The notes below the pieces were generated by a model that had not been told where the DNA came from, did not search any database, and saw nothing but the letters and a program-made list of their open reading frames with translations. 64,000 bases of DNA from Podarcis vaucheri (lineage: Eukaryota): the NCBI GenBank assembly GCA_965113315.1, contig OZ220365.1; one strand, 5' to 3'. How positions within the stretch are numbered: position 1 is the first letter of the stretch; each line of letters begins with the position of its first letter. The position numbers and the translations under genes are program-made. This document shows, one piece after another, positions 22,651 through 34,665 of this stretch.

Positions 22651-25240
22651 CTAACTTGACTGTGGCGATCTTAGCTTTTGGATTGCCAACATTTTGCAAG
22701 GTTTATTGATTTCAATAAAACATCCCAAAGTGATTGCCCCAGTCTCTCCTTCCTTACCAAAATTATACAAATAATTTTGCTTCTAGAGGTGCAGTTCTGA
22801 GGTGCCCATCTCCTGCTCATTCTCTACTACTAGAGACACAGCCCTCCTTCCCCTTTCAAATCTGATGGCACAATCTTCTCTAAGTTCAGCAATACTCACA
22901 CAAATGCCTCGACTCTGTGAGGGGGAAGGGGTGCTTCTGATCTTGCTCCTATTCTGCCCAATCTCAGAGACATCAGAAGTTAACTTTCCTACACAACAAT
23001 TTTTTAAATGACCTCCCCCTCCCCCCCAAATGTTATTAGTATGGTAGGTGCCCAGGTGTCTCTGGGTGCATTTGGCCTTTAATATTAATTTTATTTTAAA
23101 GTAATGTGGCCAAAGAAAACCCACAATCCATAGAGGAACATTGAAGCACAGCAAGGACAAAACATAGCCTGGAAATAGTCACCAGGTTGTTGTTTTTTCA
23201 GAGAGCTGAAGACACTTTGAAAGAAGGATCACTGCTTCTGGAGTGTACTACTCATTTTTGCTGGAGATAAAAACAACAGTTCTTACTGTTCCAAAGCCTG
23301 CAAAACCTATTTAACCGTCAGGCAAAATAAAGAGTGTGAAAATCATGGGAAGCAAAACCTCACTCAAAACCACTTTCTTTAAAATGGTTCTTTAAAAAGT
23401 TATCTTTATAACTATTGCCTGGTTCCAGCCTTCAAAAACCAAAATCAATTCCCAGAAACAACCAGAACAGAACAAAACCCCACCACAGATTCAACATATT
23501 GTAAACTATAGGTGCGATAGAGGGAAATGTGGCAAGCCGTAAACATGTCGCTAGCTGCTCAAATGCTGAAGTCACCACAGGAACCAGAGACAGCAGATGA
23601 TAACGGGTTAAAAAAAATTGCAAAATTTTCCCGTCTTATTTTCCTTAAGCAAAATATACAGGCAGCAACACTTACCTCATCTATGAAAAAGATCCAGGTA
23701 TTGTCAACAGCATCCTTTACTGTGTTTCTCGTTCTTTTTGAGCAATCCAGGCAGTGAAAGCCCAGCATAAGTAACTTGGAAGGCACAGAGAAGGGGGCTT
23801 GGATGGGGCTGTGAGAGGTGCTGTCTGCTTGTGTGTCCATGCGCTTGTTCAGGTGTGTGTGTGGGGGGGTGCAGGTTCTGTTGAACCCCCTTGGGATTTG
23901 CCATGTGCAGGAATTGAACTCACAGTGTAACTCATTCATGGCCATTGATTGTGTTTTTCTGGCAATGGAAACATTCATCTCTTTCAAATGCTTGTTCCTG
24001 GGCAAAGTTCTATTCTTAGCTTCTGGCAAAAGTTTTGTTCTTTTGTCTGTTTAGCTAATTTGGACCAAACCACCCTGCCAAACACCTCCGATCTATTCTG
24101 AAAGTGTTTCTTTTGGAAGTTTCCAGTGCTGCTGCATATCCCAAAACAGAAATTTCTTATCTTTCTTTTCAATAGGACAGGGGTCTAGAGGGTGGGCAGA
24201 GATGAGAAGGAACCTCTCAGAAGGAAACCTGACCATAAATCACAGTACTTTTCAAATGGAAAATCTGCTTGGCTCAGATTTCTTACCATGAGCATCTTTG
24301 AAAAACACACCCATATCTGTCCAAATTACAGAGGGGCAAAAGTGTCTGGTAGTGGCGATTTTGTTGAAAGACAGAGTAATGAAGCAATTTGGTTTGGACA
24401 TCGCCAATAGTCTACATACAATGGGTTGGGTGTTGCTGACAAACCAAAAATAATTGGATAGTCAGTCAAAGGTTTAAGAAAACAAAACAATGGCTCAGCT
24501 CCAGAAACGCATCTTGGCTTTGGATCCTGTGATGATGCCAATTCTGGTCTCCTGTGTCCTCTCTGCTGCTGGAGGAAACTTTTCCAGTGGTTTCAAGCTG
24601 TAGTGTTTCATTTTTCTTCATAAAAGAGCCTCTATCCTTTCTTGAGAAGCATTTTACTGCTGATGGATCAAATACCCTGGCAGAAATTATGTTATCTTCA
24701 GACCTGTGGGCTGACTCTGGCCCATAGAATGGGAAGATTTTTCTTTGCCTACCATGTTTGTGGTTTAGTTTGGAAAAAGTAACTGCAAATTATTTTGTCA
24801 GTAGTCGTGTGTGTGGTTTTTTTAAAAAATGTAACTCTTAAAGGAAGAGAGGGGGAAACCTTTCAGACTTGTAAATGCCTTTTTCTTTCCACCCCAACCT
24901 TTATTATAGGATGGCATAAGCTCATTGTATAATTTTGTGATATGTGGTGTACTTGTCAAACCTTTTTAAGAACATCCAATTTAGATATTATCTGGATCAC
25001 AAGAGGCACATCCTTAATCACCTTTGCAGAACTTATTGAGACTAGGAGTATCACCCAATGGTGTTGTTTCATTCATGGAATGATCTTTGATCCAGCAGAG
25101 GCTTCCATGAATAGAAGTGGTTGCGGAAGGTGATTTTTGCTAATTTCCCCTTTAACTCACTAGTAATTTCTGGATTTATGTACTTATTTGTTGTCATTTG
25201 ATGCTCTCAGCTAAATGTCCAAAACCAGGCAATGATAATC

Positions 25241-25269
25241 ACATACACACACACACACACACACACACA
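25241..25269 (+). repeat. (CA)n microsatellite
   Basis: Directly visible. Confidence 0.95.
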
Positions 25270-27190
25270 GCCTCAAATTAAGCCCAAATGTACATCAATG
25301 CATGAGTGTGCAAGCAACTTCATGTACTGATTTCAATGCAATCAGTTTACGTGGAAAGGTGTTTGCATGAAACTGCAGCAATGGGAAATAACTGAATGCT
25401 ACCAGATTAGATTGAAATGGTAGGAAATTTATGGGTTGTTTTTTTCTGACCAAGTAACACTGTATGGAATAACCACCAAGTGACAGAATTTAAACACATG
25501 AAAAAGACATGGTGGAGTCACTCTCAGAGAACTTTACAATGTCCATGGCAATATGTGAATCAGCCCTTGTTTCATAGTTACATCAGTGCTTCTCAAAATA
25601 ATACTTACATTTTTGTGTATCCCAGATGCAGTTGTTTAGGATCTCACCCAGCAAGTAGAAGATGTTAATTATTGCAGTTACAGTAGCAAAGAAGATAATT
25701 TTAGCACCTGAGCCAAGGTGCTCCAAGAGAGGGTACACCCAAACACCTGTTACATGATAAATCCAACAGACCCTAATATAAATACAGAGAGAAATCAGAA
25801 GTTTTCTTTAAATAAATAAAATTATACAATAACAAGAACTTTTTTTCTCTGAGCAGAATCCTATGTCTATTCAGAAGTAAACTCTATTGATTATGTTTAG
25901 TTGTCTCGTGAGATTTTGGTATACATCTACGAAACACCCACCCACCATTTTTGAATGGTTTTGAAGAAAAGATATAAATGTGGCTTACCATTATGCAAAT
26001 GGCAACTGGGCTGTAGTGTTAATAACACTAAGAATGGGTTGGAGCCAAAGGCTCCTTTCTTCTGACCGATGGATTCTTGCTGCAATGGATGGATTCCCCC
26101 CGCCCCCCCCCCCAAAAAGAAGAAGGAAACCTTTGGCCTCAAACCAGCATTTGCAACTATTGTAACACTTTTTGATTCCTAATTGTTATTTATGATTAAT
26201 CGTTAGATACAGATAGCCATAAGCCTAGGTGTATTCAGCGTTGCAACGTATCTGTCTATTTATATGCTGTGCTTGTCTTCTGTGGATTTGCTGTTGGTCA
26301 TACAGGCAAGTTTTCCACAATGCTCAAATCACAATTCTCTCTCACTTTTTAGTCAGGACATCGGCATTCACTGCTAGTGTGGAAGCTCCTTGGTGCATTT
26401 GTCTGATGTTCCGATCGGCTGCCTCTGTTGTCACAACCCCTAATTCTGTTTGCTGCTTACCTGGACGTAATCTAGTCATTTTGTTTCCAGCAGTCCAAAT
26501 GATGTAAATGTGCCTATTTCTGCTGACTGCTATATGCTTAGGACATGCCCCCAAATCTCTGAAGACTGCAATTCCAGCACATATGTCAAGGAAGTCTTGC
26601 ACAAAACCTTTATATGGTTTTTCTTAAAGATATACTGCAAGCCCCTGAAAAAACCAAATCTAAGCTGGAGGCCTCTGTTCATGCCTTAGAGTAAAAATAA
26701 AAACATGGCACCATCAGATCATCTCTCCCATATCGCATGCAGCTCTATCCTAATTATAATAAAAGCCAATATTAAAAAGTAGGGGGGGAAAGAGTACTGC
26801 TCTCTGATTTGAGGGCATAGTGTGAGAAATTGTAGTGGACTAATAAATTCCCCTAGTCATTTCAGTCCTGAAAGGCTTATAAAGTGTGTGTGTGTGGGGA
26901 GTTTATGACAGTAAACCAGGTAGGGTTCCTTGGGAAGAGGATGCAATGAAGGTGCCACTACAGAGAAAGCTCTGTCCTTGTAGCAACAAGCTTAATTTAA
27001 GGAGGCAGAGGCATGGGAAGCAGGATCTCACCTGATTACATGAACAGATGAGGAGACTTATGGGGAAGAAGTTACTCCCTAAAATGTACCATAAGTATCT
27101 ATTATGGGTGCATATCCTAGAAACCTTTATAGAAGCAAGCTGGAACCAGACAAAACATGCACATATGTAGATTCTTTTCAATCTCTCTTT

Positions 27191-27262
27191 CAGTTTATTG
27201 ATGATTAGTAGGAGATTCCATTGCCAGTTTATTGATGATTGGTAGGAGATTCCATTGCCAGT
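27191..27262 (+). repeat. Tandem duplication, 34 bp x2
   Basis: CAGTTTATTGATGATT(A/G)GTAGGAGATTCCATTGC occurs twice, followed by CAGT; one mismatch. Confidence 0.95.
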
Positions 27263-27404
27263 GTGGGAAAGTAAAAAAGAAGAAGGAATAAACAAGCTTG
27301 GGAAACCATGACACTTTGGGGGCGGAAAGAGAGGAGGGAGCAGGAAGCATGAATCAGGATTTGATTCACAGGCTTTACATGTATCAGTACAGGAGCAAAG
27401 ACAG

Positions 27405-27648
27405 GGGCTGGATCTACACTCACCTTTTAAATGTTATTAGAACAATATTTTAAAATACCATCAAGGCTGAAAGTCCCATTCCACAAGGTCTACCTGTATT
27501 TGGAAGGGGGTTACTCTGCAGCGCCCTCTGGTGTCACACTTTAATAACGTATTATTAACGTTAAAAAAGAATGTTGTGTGGCTATTTGGTTATCAGAACC
27601 ACTCCATAACACTTTTTTAGCATTAAAAACCATGAGTGTAGATCCACC
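27405..27648. mobile_element. PIF/Harbinger-like MITE
   Basis: TIRs are GGCTGGATCTACACTCA and TGAGTGTAGATCCACC. CAG flanks both ends (27402-27404 and 27649-27651), consistent with a 3-bp TSD. Confidence 0.75.
27517..27536 (-). promoter_or_regulatory. Candidate CTCF binding site inside the MITE
   Basis: Minus strand reads TGACACCAGAGGGCGCTGCA, close to the CTCF consensus (CCACCAGRGGGCGC). Confidence 0.55.
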
Positions 27649-30499
27649 CAGGATTAAGAACAAGAGCTTGTCCCACAAGACCATGACTAGCTAGCCCAAG
27701 GATCCCTACACTACACCATTGGGATTCCCGCAGCATGGTAATTGCAAAGCAAGTTTTCCATTTAGGTTTTGCATGCTTGACCCCAGAGCAACTGAACAAG
27801 CAAATGGAAAGTAATTATTACCAAAGTTAAATAGGAAAGAGCAAGTCAATGTATGTGCCACTTCAAGAACAGGCTTCAGAGCCACCTATGACTGCCCAGG
27901 CTGACATCATTTAAACACAGAACCCGCCCCTGCATATTACACTAGAATCCTTCCATCCCGCCCTTCTCTGGACTGGCAGCATTATGAGTAGTCCTGCATT
28001 GTCTATATTACAAATGTGAGAAGGAAAAGTAGCAGTGCAACCATGGAAACATTACCCAATGGCCTTTGTTAAGGAGTTCATTGTCCTTGAAAACATGCTA
28101 ACTCAATACTGCACAATAAATGGGCTGATCAACCTTAGGCATAAAGCTTCTGCACAAGATTAGTTGTTATTAATTCTAATGAATGTCTTTAACATTGCAA
28201 TTCCTGTCCAATCTCATTATTAGATAAGCACAAGGGAACATGCATTAAGGCACACTTTAGAGTGCAAGGCCAGAGCCATTTTGTTGAATCTCTACCATTT
28301 GCAAGGTTTAGAAAAAAGCAGACCATTTAGTGCTAAGTATTCCTTAGGAGGAAAGAACAAAAAAAACTAGAACTTCAGGGAAAGTATACTAACGTAAATC
28401 TCATCAAATGAGGTGAAAGGATATTTTAATTTAAATACACATGGCTGTAATATTTCACATTATCATAAGGATACGTAGAAAACGTAAATGGTTTTTTGTT
28501 TTACGGATTATGCTTATGTCTCAGACTTTAGCTTTCTACTTTTACAGGCAAAGGCCAAGTGCACATAGCTGTCCTTAAGCATTCAAGAAATCTAACTCCC
28601 CAGTAGACTGTGGCCCCCAGTAGATTGTAGTCAGGAGAGTGCTTTTGATCAATCTTCAAAACTACAGTAGGACATAAGGGAAAGGAAATCCTTTAGGTCA
28701 CTGGTTCCCAATTAGCTAAGTACTACAGAATCCCTGTTTTTCAAAAGCCAAGTCATGGACCCCCTACTTTTGAAAGGTTGATATCCGCAGACCACCAATT
28801 GGGAACAACTGCTTTAGGTAACTAGAGCTTTAGTTCAGGCATCTTGAATTATTATGGCAAATTTCAAATTCTGGAAATACAGACTTCAGTCCTGAAATGT
28901 TTTACTGCATGATCGATGAGTAAGCATTGGTAGAAGGAACAGAATACATAAATAAATTTCTCCAAATCTATCAACAGCTTTTCCTATCATGCTTACAGAT
29001 TAAGGGTACTTCTAAATATACATGCTTCAAACTCATGTGATGGTTTTACATTTCCAATCTGAGATATGGCCTAGCTGATCTGAAAGCCAGGGAGAAGCTA
29101 AGATAAATGAATGGATACATTAAAAGTGCAAGGGGAAAAGCTCACGCTTGGTGGAAACAGATGCTTGACTAAGGGTATGTGTATGAGAGATCTATATAGT
29201 ATCAGAAAGCCCTCAGCATAGACAGAAGACAAAGCAAGCAGTACACGCAGGTCCCATTATCCACCCATTTGTTATGTGAAAGTTCACTTATCCAAACACA
29301 AAAATTATGCCAAGCTTTGCTATCTACTCCATGGGTTCAGATATCCAAACAGTCAAAGTTTGCCGGTTTCCTTACTTGTTTGTGCTTGGTGGGTTGGCAG
29401 CAGCCATTTTCAGGCAGATACTATGGGGGTGGGGAGTGTAGGGGAAATCGGACCAATCAGAGAGCAGGATAGATTGGACAAAACAGTTTTCCCTTTGTTT
29501 CTTTTGATGGTTGGCTGCAGCCATTTTAAGAAGAAACCATAACGGGAAGGGGGAGAGAGATCATGGCTTAGAAATGGCCTCATCAGCTTCCTCATCAGGA
29601 AATCATCAGCTTGTTATGTGAACACTCACCTAACAAACAATTTCCTGGGAATACTGTGTTTGGAAAGTGGGACCTGCGTGTATATCCGTGGTTATGTCCA
29701 CAATGAAATAGATAATCATATTTCACAACGTGAAAAGGTATCTCTTACCACAATATGTAGCCAACTGAAAAGGTGCACACAGCAACCAAGCCAGAGGTCC
29801 TGCTGGGATATTCATGATGTGTTGTTCTCATCTCAATTAATATAAAAGGCAAGACGGTTGTATGCTAGGATGAAAACAAAATGGTAGAAAACAGTTCATG
29901 CAAGAACTTTCCAAATGTCCATAATAAAAATATTATCGAATATTTCTAGGATAATCTATAAGTAATGAGCACTTTACAACTAAACTTAACTATTTCCATT
30001 CTTTAATTCCAGCTGAACAGTAAGGCTTAACTCTTCCACTGAAATTAATGGGATACAGCACAATTCTGTTGCATTTCATCCGAAGTAAGTTTCACTGTGG
30101 TCAATAGGGTTTACTCCTTAGCGTTTAGGATTCCAGTGCTTAACTTTAACTGGATAATTTCCAACATATTTTTAGGATATGGCAGAAGATTTTCAAAGAC
30201 ATCTTTCTTTTTTGAGCTTACCTAGAAAAAGGCTGCTTCAATCAACGTTTTCAATAAAACAGGAACAGTCAGTCTGTCCTCTGGCAGAGGAGAAACTTGA
30301 TTCCTGCTGAGCTGTATTTTGTGGTTTCAGGTTCACAGCTAATAGGGCAGAATCAGCATAAATCTAAGCATTTAGATGCTGCAAGCTGTGATCAGGAGGT
30401 TAACTGAATAGTAAACCAATAATAGTGGACTTATTGGGAAAAGAACATCATATGCAAATGGTGGAGCTAGCTATTAGAAGAAACATGGAACTGCTTAGC

Positions 30500-30950
30500 A
30501 GTTACTGCTACCATTCGGTTCTTTCTTCTTCCCACCAATGACCCCATTTGCACATAACTCCAGACCATAAAACTATGGTTTAATAAGCTACAGTGTGCAC
30601 GAACTGCACGCTAGTGCAAGCAGACTGAATGGTCCTACTTTGCTCCTCCCTTCGTGTGAGTAGATAAACAAACCATGAAGTGGACAGCTTAGCACAACAG
30701 CCTAAACTGGGATTGTGATTTGTTTTACCCCAGGACATCCACAATCCCTAACCACCTTAAATTATTATTGTTCTTGATTTAACAACCATGTGCTTATTAG
30801 GGTGAAACAAAGCGTGATCCTACGACCAGACACCATGACAAGATCATGAAAATGGAAGAGCAAGGCAGGAGTTATCAGGCTACATGCACCAGCACACAAC
30901 CCCTATTCATATGGGTTACCAAGGCCAAAGTTATGTGTGAACATAGCCAT
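30500..30950. mobile_element. Degraded DNA-transposon-like repeat (Harbinger-like)
   Basis: Repeated AAACTATGGTTT/AAACAAACCAT motifs and a GTGTGAACATAGCC end. Confidence 0.35.
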
Positions 30951-32807
30951 TTGCAAAGGACAACCCCTGATAGTATGCCATTAGACTGTGCATTTCTCTG
31001 CTCTCATTTCTCATGCTGCGGGGAAGGCAAAATGCAGAGCATGTGGGCACCACGTCACATGCTGTCTTATACCTTATGCTGATGATTTTTCAGCAGAAGA
31101 GCTTTAAAAGACACACGAAACACCTATGCTATTATAACACACTTGGCTGGAAAGAAGACAAAAAGAAACATGGCATAGCAATAGTTAAGGGTTTCTTGCA
31201 ACAGGCTGTTCCACCCAAAATATAATAATTTTTGCAAGTTTTAGGAAACAGGTGCAGTGGGAGTCAGCAATGTGTTACACATAACAGTATCAATCTAGCC
31301 ATCTCTGGGTTTTTTAAAAAGTGATACTACTGCAGAAGTACCGCTGGTAAAACTTTCACCATATGAAACTGCTATTGAGAAGAACGTGTTTCATGAGACG
31401 GATGATACCTTATTATATCTATAATGGAAAAGCAGGATATTCAAAGTGGGTGTCTAGTTAATGGGAATCTATGAGTAAGTCTGAACCCCGCTGAGGCTAA
31501 GAGTCCTGGTAGCAGCACTCATCCTTTTATGGAGGATTATTACCGTTAACTGAGACACAGGATGCACTCTCTGCAGTAGCCGCAAGCACTTCATTAATTA
31601 TTATTGCATAGTTCATGGGTGTTAGCAGTATATTATCTAAGTAAAGGCCAGTGTTGTGACGATGACTTGGAAAACACAGGAATCAGAGATAACAAATCAA
31701 ATCGATGTAGGAGGTTAATGCTTTGTGGGTATTTAGCAACACTTCCTTTTTTAATGCAACCTCCTCTCTTCCGCAGCGTTATAGCTAAGGAGGATACACT
31801 AAATCTGAAATAAACAGAGTGGCATAGTAGATCACTCTTTGCTCTTCACTGTTGCTTTGGCAAAACAATATATGAAGTGCAACCGCATACAGTGCAACTG
31901 CAGCTGTGGCAATGGGCACAAGTCAGCAAATACTACTGCACTGCAACCACTGGCCATTTCAAAGGGACTTGCACAAATTTCACTGAAACGGGAGGTGGTT
32001 GCCCAAAAGCAATGTATGCTAGAATACATCTACTATCTTTGCTAAGGGGCCAAAATTGAAATCTGAAAATAAGAGATTGAGTTGGCGGTGGGGAAACCTT
32101 TCCTAAATACTGTCGCTACAGTTTCTGTATAGAATAGAATAACTGATATAGAATAGGTAATTTTTTCTTATTTCTTGTAGTAAAGACAACCCAGATAATT
32201 AGATCACAAACCTACTTAATCCAGAGACTCTTGACTTGCGGCTGAATGTGTAAAGTGTTTCCATTGAAAAAAACATTAAGCATGAGGTGACGAGGCAATA
32301 CGAAAAGTTCAGATTGCAACCATCAAATGTTGATGGTATACATAAGTGAACCTTAGCCCCAGTTCATGCATGACATCAATGGCTGCCGCTTCTCCAAATA
32401 TCTACAATGTACGCTGGTCCACTAATGAATGAAATCATGTAGGATGGTTGGATCATACAGAAGATCTCACATCAATGCTGCACTCCACTAACATATTAAT
32501 CAGGCCATGCATTTTACTGGCACCCATGCGCTTCTTCCCTACAGACTGCACACCAGGCAGTAGACCATGGAGCACATATGATAAGTGCTTCTCTTCAAGC
32601 CAGAGGATGGCCCTTTAAGAGGCCCTTTAGTTACGCAAAACAAGGTGAAGTTAGGAGAGGTGGACCGGAGGCAGCTCTAAAGTCTCAGTACACTTCTAAC
32701 CTTTGTCAGAGCAAGTTGCTCACTAGGAGCTATCCTTGGTGCTGCTGTAACTCACCTGCCTTGCCCTGTGAGCGCCACTGTGATACAGGAACAAGACAAT
32801 GTCTGTC

Positions 32808-32905
32808 CTGGTTGTATTGGTTAGGTTATCAGGCTAGGATAGGAGAGGCCCATGTTCAAATCCCCACTCAGCCATAAAGTTCACTGTTGACACTGGGAAT
32901 GTCAC
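32808..32905 (+). mobile_element. tRNA-derived CORE/MIR-like squamate SINE, 5' fragment
   Basis: GGTTGTATTGGTTAG (A box-like)..GTTCAAATCCCCACTCAGCCATAAAGTTCACTG (B box). Confidence 0.6.
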
Positions 32906-33140
32906 TATGGGCTCCCTCAATTTCCATCAACATGCAGGGAGGGGAGGTTTCGCAGTGTCTGTGGCAAAATCACCCTCATGCCGCAGTGAACAATAAAAAT
33001 GATGCTTCCACTGGCAACTATCCCCCTGCCCCCATGGCTAACTACCATGGGGGAAGCAGGGGTGTGGTTTTTGATGTGATCACAACACGAGAGGGAAGGG
33101 TTAAACTAACAGAAATCCTTCTGCACCCAGGATTAGAGGC

Positions 33141-33175
33141 TATATATATATATATATATATAAAATCTACGAAAG

Positions 33176-33222
<47 letters not shown>
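33141..33222. repeat. Two (TA)n microsatellites, about (TA)11 and (AT)22, separated by 16 bp
   Basis: Directly visible. Confidence 0.97.
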
Positions 33223-33224
<2 letters not shown>

Positions 33225-33467
33225 ACTGGCATCCCTGCAAGCGATACATTTAACATAACATTTAGTTAGGCCCCAGGAGAGGCCATCCATCAGAAACAGC
33301 AAGCTGAGCACTATGCTTATATTTAAATGTTTAAGGTCCCTATTGAGTACTGACTCTGTTCACTGGGGATATAAAGACTGTACTAATGCTTAGTGCAACC
33401 ACAATAACCACTTTCCCGTTGGGTCAATCAATTTAAGAATGAATATTTTGAATATGTTAATCTACAC

Positions 33468-34077
33468 CAGGGCAGGGGAACCTTTTCCAGGAGCCATGTG
33501 CTACTGGTTGGTGGTGCCAGAGGAAAAAGCTGGCAAAGCAGTCAATGTAAATTGCTAGTTTCTACACACACTCACACACCCCTCTCTATCCTGCATGCAG
33601 GCAAGTAAGAATAATCATTAGAGATAAAGGAGGCATTCCAGATATAAGGCAGAGGTAGGGATATGCATCTAGCTGGGCGGCCAAATCTTTATTTCCACAC
33701 CCCCTGGGTGGCCAAGTTTGGCAGGCGGGCAGGGGCTCCTACATGTCAATTACTTGATATCACAGTTACGCCAGGTGACTCATTTTTACCCATGAGGTTT
33801 GAAATAAAAACAAAAAAGGGTGTGAATGCTTCTCAAGTATTTCCCAACAGCTATAGAGCCCCTTTTGCCCAAGCCCCAATATGACATACTATGACATCAG
33901 GTGTTAGGACAGTGGATGTGGCTTGGCCAAAATGGTGGGCAGCCCAAATCAGTATGTCTGATAGGGCTAATTACAGCTGTAGGCCAGATGTTTTGCACCT
34001 TTGGGATGTGGGCAAGGACAAAAATGAGAGGCTGGAGGGCTGTATTTGGGTTCTGGGCCTGAGATTCTCCACTCCTG
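33468..34077. mobile_element. hAT (Charlie-like) non-autonomous element
   Basis: Ends are CAGGGCAGGGGAACC and GATTCTCCACTCCTG. The flanks ATCTACAC and AACTACAA match at 6/8 positions. Confidence 0.6.
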
Positions 34078-34461
34078 AACTACAACTTCAATTGTTCACC
34101 ATCACTACACCATGAGATGTTAAAGGTGTATCTCCATCGCTTGTGAAAAACACTAGGAGACATACAGAATAAAAATTGTATCAACAGTTAAATCTGTGTC
34201 CAATTTTTATGGATTTGTGTTTTTGACTTACATTATATATCCAGACAAAACGCCAGTAGAATGAGATAAAAAATATTGTTAAGTGTAGTGGACAGAGCGG
34301 AATTTTTTGCAACTGAAGTTTTAAAAGAAAAACTTGACCTTATCTTGCTATTTTGAGAGCCTTTCATATATCAGAATCATATATAAAACCAAGTTGCTGA
34401 CAGAAATCAGATTGCTTCTGTCAAGATGAAAATAGCTCTTCATGACCTATGACAATATTTT

Positions 34462-34665
34462 TTGTTTTATTTATTTATTTCATAAAATTTATATGCTGCT
34501 TGATTGTAAAAAAATTGCAAAGCGGTTTACAAAAATATAAAACAACAAAATCAATAAAAATTCACAGCCATGCTTTAAAACATACAAAGGTTAAAATACT
34601 AAAACAGATTGAAATAACTCCAACTTTCTGAGCATCTGGATTGGCTTGTCTAAATAAAAATGGTA
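34462..34665 (-). mobile_element. L2-type LINE 3' end
   Basis: (TTTA)n tail, then ATTTATATGCTGCTTGATTG..AAAGCGGTTTAC, then GGCTTGTCTAAATAAAAA. Confidence 0.65.

Noticed and set aside
26460-26610. Possible minus-strand exon ending CAG|GTAAGC
   Set aside because: There is no convincing acceptor, the peptide is not recognised, and isolated donor motifs are common.
32887-33311. ORFs with YIYIYI runs
   Set aside because: Translation of (TA)n microsatellites.
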